This document shows positions 51,860 through 63,234 of a stretch of DNA of 64,000 nt, in pieces. Where the stretch lies: the NCBI GenBank assembly GCA_001662655.1, contig KV460226.1, one strand, 5' to 3'. The position numbers and the translations under genes were made by a program. Below the pieces are notes generated by a model that searched no databases, had not been told where the DNA came from, and was given only the letters and a program-made list of their open reading frames with translations. Origin of the DNA: Pseudogymnoascus verrucosus. Taxonomy: Eukaryota. Each line of letters starts with the position of its first letter. Within the stretch, counting starts at the first letter, position 1.

Positions 51860-52087
51860 TTTTTTTATTTTACCAAAGCAATTTAGAGAAAAGACAATAT
51901 ACCGAGATGCTTCATTAATATCCTAAAATACCTATTCATTCAAAGACGTGACACAAGAGACGATGATTTAAGTGCAAGAATATTAGTAGGAATCGCAGTG
52001 AATAACACAAACGAACAAACACTAATTTAGCAAATAGAGTACGATTAGGGATTTAAATATATTTAAGACGGGTTGAGCTGCAACTTC

Positions 52088-52759
52088 TCAGCCAGTGAAT
52101 ACATCCTCCCCCTCTGCCGTCATAACCTCGAACATGCTTTCGACCTCTTCACCTGCAAAAACCTCAAACCAGAGAAAATATAGAGCGTCTAATCCGACTT
52201 TCAACCAGCCTTGCCACTCTTGTTCCCCTGGTGCTAAGTACTCGACTACCCTGACCCACACAGATTCAAGTCCATAGCTTTGATTTGGATCTTCTGGTCC
52301 CGCTGCTACAGAATTCAGAACAGCCTCATCGACCATGATACACACTCGATGTCGAGCATAGAGTTGGTGAAATTCGAGATCGACCCCATTATCTTTTAAC
52401 CATTTTGTGAATGCAGCTCTAACGTCATCTATACTTGCACCGTCTAAGCCAGGGCTCTCTATAACATCGTTTGCGTATCGTCTCTTCATCTCTTCATTCG
52501 GACCCGAGTCAAAGGGTGGTTCAGGACTAGGGACCCCAAAATTCCTTGGACTGAGCTCATAATCAATAGAAGATTCGACATAAGCATCAACTTTCGCTAG
52601 AAACAAAGGAAACTGGGCATCTGATTGTGGTGTATAAACGGTGCGGAAGATGGTGAAGCCCCAGGTTGGTTGGTGTAAACTGCGAAGGTATCGGCAGATT
52701 GGGCGCTGCCATTCCCGTTTGAAGCGTGGTGAACCTGGTATCACCAGGAGCGGAGACAT
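52088..52759 (-). CDS. Hypothetical fungal protein
   Basis: 223-aa ATG ORF with WGFTIFRTVY, LDGASIDDVR..F..W and CIMVDE motifs reminiscent of an uncharacterised ascomycete family. Confidence 0.7.
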   Translation of the reverse strand: MSPLLVIPGSPRFKREWQRPICRYLRSLHQPTWGFTIFRTVYTPQSDAQFPLFLAKVDAYVESSIDYELSPRNFGVPSPEPPFDSGPNEEMKRRYANDVIESPGLDGASIDDVRAAFTKWLKDNGVDLEFHQLYARHRVCIMVDEAVLNSVAAGPEDPNQSYGLESVWVRVVEYLAPGEQEWQGWLKVGLDALYFLWFEVFAGEEVESMFEVMTAEGEDVFTG

Positions 52760-53782
52760 GATGGGCCTAAGAGAAGAGGGGAGTAGGAATGCGATGTTGG
52801 TTTGAATATAACCTCCACCACCCTGGAATCATGATGAGGGATTTTTTCGCTGCCTCAGGCGGCCACAACCCTTCTAAATTAGGCCACAGGCTCACGGTTG
52901 TAACATTAGTGCTACCTTAACTGTGGCTTTAGCAATTCTGCTTAGTAGTAGTAACCATAGATAGCTTAACCTTTGCAAAATGCTCCATATGAATAGTCTC
53001 TGTCTTTCTACTTGTCCCTCTTTCCCAATCTTGATCGGCACACTAAATTAGATCTGTGAGGACCGATTCACAAACTATGAAGCTCTCAATTGGACATAAG
53101 CACAGCTTCGCATTGGAATCTGATCTTTATATAGTTTCTCAGTTCAAAGCGGGCGCGTTCCTTTTATACCATTTTCAAGCTCATCCTCACACGCCTTCGC
53201 TCGCAAACTCGCAAGCCGCAAAAGAGGAAAGTCGAAGATCACAGACGAAACTAGGAACTGTAAACCCCATCTCACCAGCAACCATCTCGCTCCTCCCATA
53301 GAATCAACAAAAGAAGAAGGAGTACTTTCCGCCGCAGCACCGTAACAGAGCAACAGTAGACGGGATGGCTGATTTCACGACCGAGAGCTATAAGCTCGGC
53401 CATATGTTAGTGAAAGGACGTACCTAGTCCGAGAATTAATTGTTCGGAAGGGGTAGCTTGGCGGGGTAGTGGGGGTAGATCAATGATCAGATCTCCCCCC
53501 TTTGATATTTCAATATTCCGACATCACAAGAAGCGAAGACGCAAATGAGTGACCACAAACTTCATTATTTCGTGTGTTGCCTTCGTATGTAAGTAAGTAA
53601 GTAAGCCAAGCTAGGCAATGCAAAGCAACATTTTCGTATCAGCGCCAGAGTTTGGCCGTACCACGTAGCGCAAGCAAGCAACAGATGTATACAAAAAAAA
53701 ACATATACATATTATTTGCGCCTCTAGACTCTTAGGAGATAGTAAAATGTTTCTGCTCTGCGCCCAACGATCTTTACTATCA

Positions 53783-54211
53783 TCACCATTCCCCGCCGAT
53801 GGAGTAGCGAAACACCCTCGTGAAAACTTTCCCTCCTGTTTGTCCCCATAATTTTGCAATACCCTAAAATCGTCAGCAGATTCAATTCAAACACAGAGAA
53901 TTGATTCTTACTGCGTTAGTGGCAACTCCTGTAAACATAACATTCAAAAATAGGAACTCAAAAGTATTGTTTCCTAACGGCCTCTCGCTGTAATCCAACT
54001 CTCGATTTACAGGCCGATAATCAGGCACCCTCCGATAATTGCTAGGCCAATTGTGAGGACTTTCGGCTGCCGAATGCTGATTTTGACGCGGGATCGGTGG
54101 TTGAGTTGTTGTTGTGCCATTCTCGGATCCCGTGAGATGGATCTCGTAGTCAGTTAGAATATGTTGTATTTCAGCGGTCGTCGCTCTCGCTATCGTAGTT
54201 GTATTCGACAT
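53783..54211 (-). CDS. Small hypothetical protein (2 exons), cluster member
   Basis: ATG 54211; intron after VATNA (GTAAGA...GCTGAC...TTAG); last exon GIAKLWGQTGGKVFTRVFRYSIGGEW*. Confidence 0.75.
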
Positions 54212-54340
54212 ATTAGAGATTTTAATACCGAGATAACCATAAGAAAAGAAAGAGGGCTGCGTTAATGTATTGAATAATATTGGAAGCTGGAGGTTCTGTC
54301 GTTCTTTGTGTCATGTGTTTGAAATTAGGCTCGGCCCATC

Positions 54341-54352
54341 CCCCACATTCCG
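54341..54352 (-). promoter_or_regulatory. Cluster motif CGGAATGTGGGG (copy 1, divergent promoter)
   Basis: CCCCACATTCCG on the + strand between the ATGs at 54211 (-) and 54479 (+). Confidence 0.7.
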
Positions 54353-54478
54353 ATGCGTCCTCCCGACAGCAGGTTGGCCACCCCGATCGTAATTTTCTGA
54401 TATAATGTCTAAATACACAAGCAAGCAGTATTGTTTATCCGGAAAGACCTACCGAAACACTTTCTAGAAATCACGAGA

Positions 54479-56092
54479 ATGGACCCCATCCAGCGCCTTC
54501 AGGAGTCTCTTATTGACCGCCGTACTGAGAACGTTCGCTACCGTCAAAACCAACTACAAAGCTTGCATGCTACTCTTTGCAATAGCGCAAATTTAATATG
54601 CAATTCGATTGCAGAAGATGCACAAGTTGAAAGCTCAAATGCCGAGGCTGAGACAGAGTATTATCTTTCCATGAATGCCGTGAAGCATTTCTACGAGGGC
54701 CTGGGCTTCGAAAAATCAATTAATGACGAGTACTTGATTGCAACAGGGATTGATAACCCTCAGAGACAGGTAGGATATGGTCTAGTAATTATTCGCCCTA
54801 CTACGCATACAAGGTTATATTCGATTGTATGCCCATTGGCGGCGGCTTTAGCGGCGGGGAATGTTGTCGTCATAGAGGTTCGTTAGTCCTGATGCTTGAA
54901 GACGTGTGCCTAATTTATGTAGCTTCCTGATACCCTTCTCAAAGTTGATGCTATCCTGAAGGAGGTCTTACCAGAAGCGTTAGATCCCGACACCTTCGTT
55001 ATTTCCGCAAAATTGATTGAGGACCCGTCAATTCTTTTATCAAGTCTACTCGTCGACCAAACGTCTGCAACAACAACAACAACCATCGCTAACTCGCTTT
55101 CCTCTCAAAACAAGCACCGAACAATTGCTATTGTAGACCGTACAGCAGATATTGAAGCTGCAGCAAAGGCAATTGTAACAGCACGCTTCAAATTTCAAGG
55201 CGCTTCTCCGTACAGCCCAGACCTGGTCATTGTTAATGAGTATGTCAAGGATGAGTTCTTTGCAACATGTTCAAAATATGCGAGCCAAATGTTTGTTTCT
55301 GGCGTGAAAGCCAAGAGGTCGAGAAGCAATGCTGAAGCCGAGACAAAAAAGTTCTTTGAAGACGCTATTGCCAAAGAGCAATTGTCAACATTTCGTTTTG
55401 CGGATTGTATCCTAGCGCATGTCACGGATAGGTTGGTTTTCTCGTCGAGATTTTTGGAATTTGAAGATTAACATGACTCAAGCACCTGCCTAGTGACCGA
55501 AATAAAAATCCACGGCTGCTACCTGCCCATAGTTACAAGCACCAGCATGGTTGATGCCATTATCAAAGAGATGAGGTATATCTACACCACTATTAACTCC
55601 AACTTTAAAGCTCTCAACTTACTGGTAATTAGGTCAAATCTACTCGCAGCTTATATCTTTGCACAACCTCCGGAAGCTAAATTTCTTGCCCAACACCTCA
55701 AGGCACATCTCACTGTCATCAATCAAATACCCGTGAATCTCCTGGTTGGGCCAGCTGCGCCATGTGGGATCGCTATGGAGTACAAGTACCGATATAGCCC
55801 CGAAATGTTTTCAATCCAGCGTCCACAATACATTCATGCTCTACCCACCGAGCTGTCGGTAGTTGATGAACATCTTGTTCCTGGCCGGAACCCAAATGGA
55901 ACCACGAAAGTGAAGCAGTTACGATCATTAGCGACGCGGAAACTGCCTGGGACGGGACAATCGCAGGGGCATGATATTGGATTCTTTGAACAGGGAATAT
56001 TGTTAGGGTTGGGTGTTGTCTTGAGCATTGTGGTGCCGGCGGCAGGGTGGGGGCTATGGGCAGTGGGGAAGAAAGTTAGGAGTTCGATGTGA
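54479..56092 (+). CDS. ALDH3/Hfd1-like fold protein lacking the catalytic residues, with C-terminal TM anchor (multi-exon)
   Basis: GLVIIRP...PLAAALAAGNVVVI; AIVDRTADIEAAAKAIVTARF..GASPYSPDLVIV; LAAYIF; hydrophobic tail GILLGLGVVLSIVVPAAGWGLW. Canonical introns. Confidence 0.8.
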
Positions 56093-56392
56093 TTATGTAG
56101 GAGTACTGTTTTAATAATAAAATCATCTACAACATATGTGCAGTTGCATACGGATGTGTTATCTGAGGGCGCGCAACCAATCTATCTTATTCTATAAAGA
56201 CTTCGGGTTTTATTTATTTTATAATATCGTACGAAACAGCGGGATTCAAACCATGTCACTATGTATGATGTCCGACTCCTATGTTCCAGCTTCATGATTT
56301 GCATTAAAACGATGATGAATATGATAGCTTAAACTTAGAAATGCCCCTAAAACCTGTACATATCAACTCGAATTAACCCAATGGATCCTTCA

Positions 56393-57335
56393 TCAAACAG
56401 CAGCTACCACCCTACCAGTTGAGGGCCACTTCCCAAGCGTATATTGGCTGTTGCACATATTTTGTAGTTCCCAGTCCTCGGCTCCCAACTCAGCTACTGT
56501 TCCTCTATCCTCAACTGAGCCACATAACCCAGCAACAAACATGGCTGACATAAAGTGATCATCAGTGGCGTGAGCATCCCTATATTTGGGAACTTTCATC
56601 AACATCGTCATAGCCCGCCGGAGTTCAGGACCTGATGTCTTTGTAATAGCGTCTTCAAACTCTTGTCTAAAATCAAGTAATAGACTACTGGGTGGAGAAG
56701 GCATGGCGAAGTTATCTGTGCGGTTTCTTATAAGTAAAATATAGCTCCCCGCCCGGATAAACTAATAACGTACCACGGAAGCGCAACATCTGGAACCATG
56801 AATTGCGATATAGATTGTGCACAGCACCACCAGAGCCAACAAACAGAACTTTCTCCTTGCGCATGGGGCGCAAAGCGGAGCCGACCTTCACATGAAAGTG
56901 TGGATCATAACGAGCGTTCATGGATATAATAGTTGTTGGCGGACAGCCCCCTGGAAACATCCGGATGAGAACCAAATATGTATCGTGTATCCAGTCGAAT
57001 TTCTCGTTCAGCTTTGCTTTGAAGCCCGACTGTTTAAGCAGATCTAGACATCTGTGCGACATCGGGATATCGGGGTTGAGGGCGTAAGGGACATATTTAT
57101 CGTGATGGACGTAAGCGACTGGTGATTTCTCCGGCTTGGGATTCGCCGCAATCTCAATTTCATCGCCAATTGTTGCCCAGTGAGCACCCATAATGACGAC
57201 GTGCTCAATGCCATTTGCGAGTGCTTCATCTCCGCATTTCTTCCAGTAGTCAGCAGAGGCAGACTCCTCGCCAAGCATCATGGTTGAACCATGGGAGAAG
57301 AAATGGACAGGTGTCAATTTGTTTGTAGATGCCAT
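56393..57335 (-). CDS. LigB/DODA-family (class III) extradiol ring-cleavage dioxygenase; intron 56716-56773
   Basis: FFSHGSTM, MGAHW, DWIHD, GSGGAVHNL, AHATDDHF: the conserved His ligand pattern of LigB/4,5-DOPA dioxygenases. Confidence 0.9.
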
Positions 57336-57468
57336 ATTTTAAAACTGAAAGACCGATAACGCATACGAAGACGCAACATAATCAAAGAAGAGGTTGAAAG
57401 TGACAGCTTGTAAGCTGAAGTCATAGACAATGGGCAGATCAATAGAACGGCTTCCCAACATTCTTGCA

Positions 57469-57566
57469 GCCCACATTCCGAGACTCGTTTTATTGAGTGA
57501 AATATAATGTGGCGAGACATTTATGTGGGGCCGACCATCCGTTTAGCCACATTCCCCCACATTCCG
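57469..57566 (-). promoter_or_regulatory. Cluster motif copies 2 and 3 in the dioxygenase promoter
   Basis: GCCCACATTCCG at 57469-57480 and CCCCACATTCCG at 57555-57566, plus a partial GCCACATTCC at 57546. Confidence 0.7.
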
Positions 57567-57850
57567 TACTTACCCCCAAAGTATGGGGGTCTATTGTCGG
57601 AATTCTTGTGGCTGCTCATCTCTCCTACATCGTTTTATGGGGTAGTATCACTGAGCATACTTCTATAATTAGTACATGGTATCGGATAGAGAGCTAAATG
57701 CCGTAAAATCAAGTTTTCGTGCTTGTAAAAGCCGCCAATTTTATGCTGCTGAAAGTGACAGGATTTGTACGAGCGCTGTCGAAACATACTTCGTGTCTCG
57801 TTTCTAGTTGTGGAATGAGAAGTGGCATATTATTTATTACCATATCTATA

Positions 57851-60800
57851 TCACTTAACTATTACACCTCTCGCCGCAGCCCCCAGCTCCCTTATTAACT
57901 GGCTTAAATTCTCCACTAGTGGTGGAGGCGGCGCTTCGTCTCCACCAACCACGCCCCTCAAGATCTTAACAATGGCGTTCATGACACTCCCCGGCTCACG
58001 CAACATGGCGATTTCCTCTGACGTACACCCATCAGCCTCAGAGACCAAAAAACACGGTATCCCACGTTGTAGCGCAATGAATGATTTCGTAAATGAACTC
58101 TCTTCCACATCTAACCGGACAAGCTCTTCCCCAGAATTATCACCAGCCTCGTCTACGCTATTTACACCTCCAACGAGTGGTAGCTCAGACTCATTTTGGT
58201 CATGCTGGGCGTTCGGCCTTAGACTCAAGACGCCAAACGCCCAGAATGTGAGCGCAGAGTGGTATACCGCGACGGCGAAGAAATCTCGCAATCCTCCTTG
58301 CAAACCCCTTCTATTATTCAGTAACTTCGCATAGCGGACGATCTGCCCGGCGTGAAACACAGCGGTTCGGGCTTCACGGCTTGCAGCCCATTGTTGGAGA
58401 GAGGGATAGACGCGTCGGGCTTCCTCTTCGCCTTCCCTGCCAGCGAAAACTTGTAGGCTATCGAAGGATACGTATAGATTGGTGATGAGGAGCTCCGTTA
58501 ACAGTTTGGATTGGAGTGCTATGCTTGATTGATTTTTTCGCCCTGGCCCCGGCTCGGGCAATGAGGCGGAGAAAGGCTCTAATAGCTCGCGTAGTTCTTG
58601 GTGGCGGTGTCCAAGCACTAAAAAGCTCGAGGAGAGGCGTATTGATGGATATGCCTTTGCAACCGAGTTTAGTTGGCGGTATTCTAGGATTAGGCCCCAG
58701 ATTCCGTAAGCGATGATAGAATGAGATAGGGCAGAGTCGATGGCTGCCTTGACAGAGGGGCTGTTTAAAGGAGATATGTCATGGAGGCATTGTTGTAAGG
58801 ATGGGATGCGCTCGTTGGAGTTGATGGAAGAAGTTTGAGTGAGGTAGGTTGATTTCCACTCGGCAGCTGTGCGGGCGAGGAAGAGGTTGCGGGATTCCGG
58901 TAAGGGGAGCGAGAGCTCGGCGTAAGAGATTATGGTGGGATTCATGAGCGAGATTGAGGTTTGGGCATCACGGATAAAGAGGTGAAAGACGAGTCTGTCA
59001 GATATTAGCAAATTTAGTTTGGAGCGTAATGTAGGCTGGGATAGCTACCGCTTAAAGGATTCCTGCTGCGCCCAACTCCTCCACTTATTCTCTAAAGCCT
59101 CACCCTCATCACCCTCCAAGGGAATAATAGCCACGTAGTTCGATCTCAAAAATCGACCTGCTCGTCGACACATCGTTATGACCGTCAGTGCATGACTTTC
59201 TGCCAATTCCATCTTTCGTTTATTACCGCTCCAAAGCCCAACATCTAGATTCAGGGCCAGGGCTTGCAACAGGCCAAGGTCACGCGTCATGGAGTTATTC
59301 TCCTCGCAAACTACCGGAAGTGATCTCCTCACAGCTTCATGGATTGCAAATCCTAGCTTGCGAATAGTGAAAGATGTAGAAAGAGCGGCACCCGCTGAAA
59401 CAATGCTACCTAATAGCTCTGCATTCTGTCCCCCAATCTTTAACGTCGGTGAGTGGATCCAAGTATCTGACTGCATGATATGGTATGCGAGGAAGCAATG
59501 CAGAAGGTTATCCAGTAACTCTACAGACGGGAAGCTAGACATGACTTTTGTGAATGATGACCTCAAACATGTACTTAGCACCATAGATATGATCTTGTCG
59601 CGACCCGCGGCATTGAGACTCTCAGTATTGACGTGCATAGATTCCGCGAAATGTGCTGCAGGACTGCTCATCTCGGAAGGATGTAGAGTAAAATTTTCTT
59701 GCTCAACTAATCCTGTGTCTGCGCGAACGGGCGTCCAGCACCAGAGTGATTTGCGAAAAGCCTCAATGCCTAGCGCAAGACGCTCTGCGACCTTTTCTGT
59801 AGGTGCGTTTGATTGTGGTGTGGGCATTTCATATTGCAAGGATGATATGTCGATGACCTCTTTGACATAGGCTGTATCGTAGACGGCCTTTCCTTGGTAA
59901 AAGTCCATGAGGGTGTAATCTTGATCGTTGAGTTCGAGATTAGATTCCAAGCCGAAAGATAAGACATCTCTGAGGGCCATTGACTGGGCGTCGGTTCCCT
60001 GAGAGACGGGTTGTTGGCCATTGAATGGCTCTAACGTGGTCGGCATCATGACCTCTCGTAAGAAATCGGCGAATTCGCTCTCGTCACAGTCTATCAATGC
60101 GTTTGATGATAGGGAGGTTTCCATTGGCAATGACATAGACATGTCTAGGAAATATATCAGAAAGGTAACACTTTATCTTCAGACGAGGAAGCTTACCATC
60201 TCTATTGTGGCTCTGGGCTGGATCTATAACATGTTCACCTCCCCTCGAAGCCAATTCACCAAGAACTAGATTGCTGCCCGAAGTATAATCCATGATATCA
60301 TGCTCCTGAGGCTGTCTTGGTTCATTCGCAGACTGAGTAGCAAATGTATCCTCAGACGAAGGATTACCAATATTTTGCTGTATGGTATCGTGAGAGCTGC
60401 TAGATAGTTGCCACGATCCATTAACTGTCGCGTCTGTCTCGTTATACTCACAAGTGACACCCTTAGCTTCACATCTTTGGCAAGGTTTCTCTTCTTTACA
60501 TTTCAGCTTTGCAGCTGCGCAAGCCTTGCATGCATGCGACACACGTCCTGGGCGAGACGGGCATGTTTTGCGGTGCTGGCGGTTGTCGGTGTGAGCTTGT
60601 GCATGTCTCTTTAATAAATCACTACGAGAAGATTAGATACGTGCACTGATTAGAGAAGAATGACATATTTATATTTAATACATACGGCCTGTTGAAAGTT
60701 TTGAAACAAGCCTCACATCGATATGGTTTCTCGGAGGTATCTAAACGTTGTTGTGGTTAGCACCAAATCTTTTCTGGAGCGGAGGCTCTCGAGAGTCACA

Positions 60801-60952
60801 TTACGGGAACGGAAGTGGCGTGCAAGATGATCTATCCTGGCATATGTCCGTTGGCAGACATTGCACTTAAACGGACCGGGCTGGACTTGATTCTGGCCTC
60901 GCTGATTACTGTCGGGATCGGGATCCGGATCTGTTACGTCGGTCGAGTTCAT
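57851..60952 (-). CDS. Transcription factor with two C2H2 fingers, a Zn(II)2Cys6 cluster and a fungal-specific TF domain (5 exons)
   Basis: FKCNVCQRTYARIDHLARHFRS-HTSEKPYRCEACFKTFNRP-DLLKRHAQAH; ACKACAAAKLKCKEEKPCQRCEAKGVTC; WIHSPT...WRSWAQQESFKR-LVFHLFIRD. Confidence 0.9.
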
Positions 60953-61032
60953 GGCTGCGAAGGGATTTTGATGTGAGGACCGGGAAGTTGTGGAGGAGAT
61001 GCGGAATATAAGGGAATTTAGAGGGTACTTGT

Positions 61033-61044
61033 CGGAATGTGGGG
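61033..61044 (+). promoter_or_regulatory. Cluster motif CGGAATGTGGGG (copy 4, TF/ALDH divergent promoter)
   Basis: Exact 12-mer about 80 bp upstream of the TF ATG. Confidence 0.7.
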
Positions 61045-61626
61045 GGTGCGGGGTTGGGGGCAACTAAGCCATATATAGTAAACTTGCCAAGTCTGGGGAA
61101 ATGTGCTCTTCAGCCAATGACGCATCAATTGGTCACGACCTTCCCAGGTCGCCAAGCCCCTTTTGAGAGACTTGATACATTATCGTTAAATAACACTGAA
61201 AGTGATAACGACACAATTGAGCGAATGCAGCACATAAATAGTGTAACTACGGTGTATGTATAAACACGTACACTATCCTTCGGTGTGGTCCACTAACCCG
61301 AGGGCAGTGAAACGGAGACCAGTAAGCCTCATGGCTGTCCCCGGGGGTTAAGACCATAAACCTATTGTTGTGAGTAAGTGACACTTGTGGAGCTTATCAC
61401 CTGCGAACCTATACAATCGTAGAGCCCCGTGAAAAGAGTAAAGGTGCAGTTCGAATCCTTCCTATCCCCCTATCCTCTTTTAATTTCCTCTTTCTGTCGA
61501 GGCCAAGACAACAACCGCCCTCTCACTCTGAATTTCCTCTCTAACTTTATCAGTTCTTCGTGCTATTTCTGTTTCATCTGCTGTGAATCAAATACTCATA
61601 CGGTTCTGTCGCATCCTACAAAAGCA

Positions 61627-63208
61627 ATGAATCTCTCCACTAGCCATCTCACCGGCCCTGTGAACGGCGAACTTGGGAAACTATACACCATCCCTGCTCA
61701 AATCAATGGCAAAGAAGTCATCCTATCCCCAGCCTTCGACGTCCACTCTCCCATTAACGGGTCTCTAATTCACCGTTGTTCCTCCGCCTCCGTCGCCGAC
61801 GCCCTCTCCGCCGTCACCGCTGCCCAGGCAGCCTTTCCGGAATGGCGCGACCTCCCCCCAGCTGCAAAACGCGACATCTTTCTTAATACTGCTGAAATAT
61901 TCAAGAGTAGAAACGAGGAATTGTTGAGATATATGATCGATGAAACTGGCGCAGGCGAGTTCTGGTCCGACTTTAACATCACACTTGCAGCGGATATCCT
62001 GAAAGATATCGCAGGCAGAATCTCAAGTCTGAAAGGCGATGCGCCGATAACAGGGAATCCGGGAACAAGCGCAATCGTGTATAAGGAGCCATACGGTGTC
62101 ATTCTAGGCATCGCTCCATGGTACTCCTCTCTCCATCTCTTCCTCTTTCCTCTCCTCTCTGGACAAAATGCAGATATATACTTACCCACCTTTCCTCTCC
62201 CGAATATCCTCCACATCACGACTAACATATCCTAGGAACGCACCCTACATCCTTGGCGTCCGCTCTATTGCCTATGCCTTGGCCGCAGGTAACACTGCCA
62301 TTCTCAAGGCCTCCGAGTTCTCCCCGCGCTGCGCGTGGGCCATTGCCGATTGCTTTCGTCTCGGCGGCCTCCCCGCCGGCGTTCTAAACACCATTGCGCA
62401 CTTTACCTCCTCCGCAGCTGCCATCACAGAAGCCCTCATCGCCGATTCGCGTGTCCAGAAAATCAACTTCACGGGCTCTACGGTCGTCGGGCGCATCATC
62501 GCCGAGACCGCAGGTCGGCACCTAAAACCCGTCTTGCTGGAGCTGGGCGGCAAAGCGCCTGTGATTGTATGTGAGGATGCGGATCTGGAAGTTGCCGCGA
62601 CAGAGTGTGCGAAGGGCGCATTTATGCATTGTGGACAGGTGTGCATGAGCACAGAAAAGATTTTGGTGCATAAAGATGTCGCGGCGGCGTTTGAGGAGAG
62701 ATACAGAGAGAAGGTGGTCGATATGTTTACCAAGCAGGGAGTGTTGATAAATAGGGCGGCTGTGGACAGGAATATGCGACTCGTGAGGGATGCGGTCGGG
62801 AAGGGGGCAGAGGTGCTGACTGGGACCGTGGAACAAGATCATCAGCTACCGGGGACGCATATGTCACCAATAGTTGTGAAGGGAGTGACGGAGGCGATGG
62901 AATTGTATAATACAGAGTCGTTTGGCCCGACGGTGAGTATTATTGAGGTAGAAACCGAGGAGGAAGCGGTACGGATCGCGAATGATACCCCATATGGCCT
63001 CACATCAGCAGTGTTCACGGAGGACCTCAGGCGCGGACTGAGGCTTGCAAAGTGCATTGAGAGTGGTGCAGTGCATATCAATGGGATGACGCTGCATGAT
63101 GAGACGATGTTGCCACATGGCGGGGTAAAATGCTCAGGTTATGGCAGGTTTGGGAGTGGAGGATTGGAGGAGTGGGTCAGGAGTAAGACGGTTACTTTTA
63201 AGAATTAG
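61627..63208 (+). CDS. Aldehyde dehydrogenase, vanillin/salicylaldehyde dehydrogenase-like; intron 62121-62235
   Basis: EPYGVILGIAPW-NAPYILG, LKASE, NFTGSTVVG, LELGGK (Glu), GQVCMST (Cys), ESFGP, GAVHINGMTLHDE, HGGVK.SGYGRFG. Confidence 0.92.
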
Positions 63209-63234
63209 ATAGGTGGGAAAGGCGAAAGCTTTCA

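Noticed and set aside
61400..61465. tRNA suggested by GTTCGAATCC
   Set aside because: No T-stem, acceptor stem or D-arm pairing around it.
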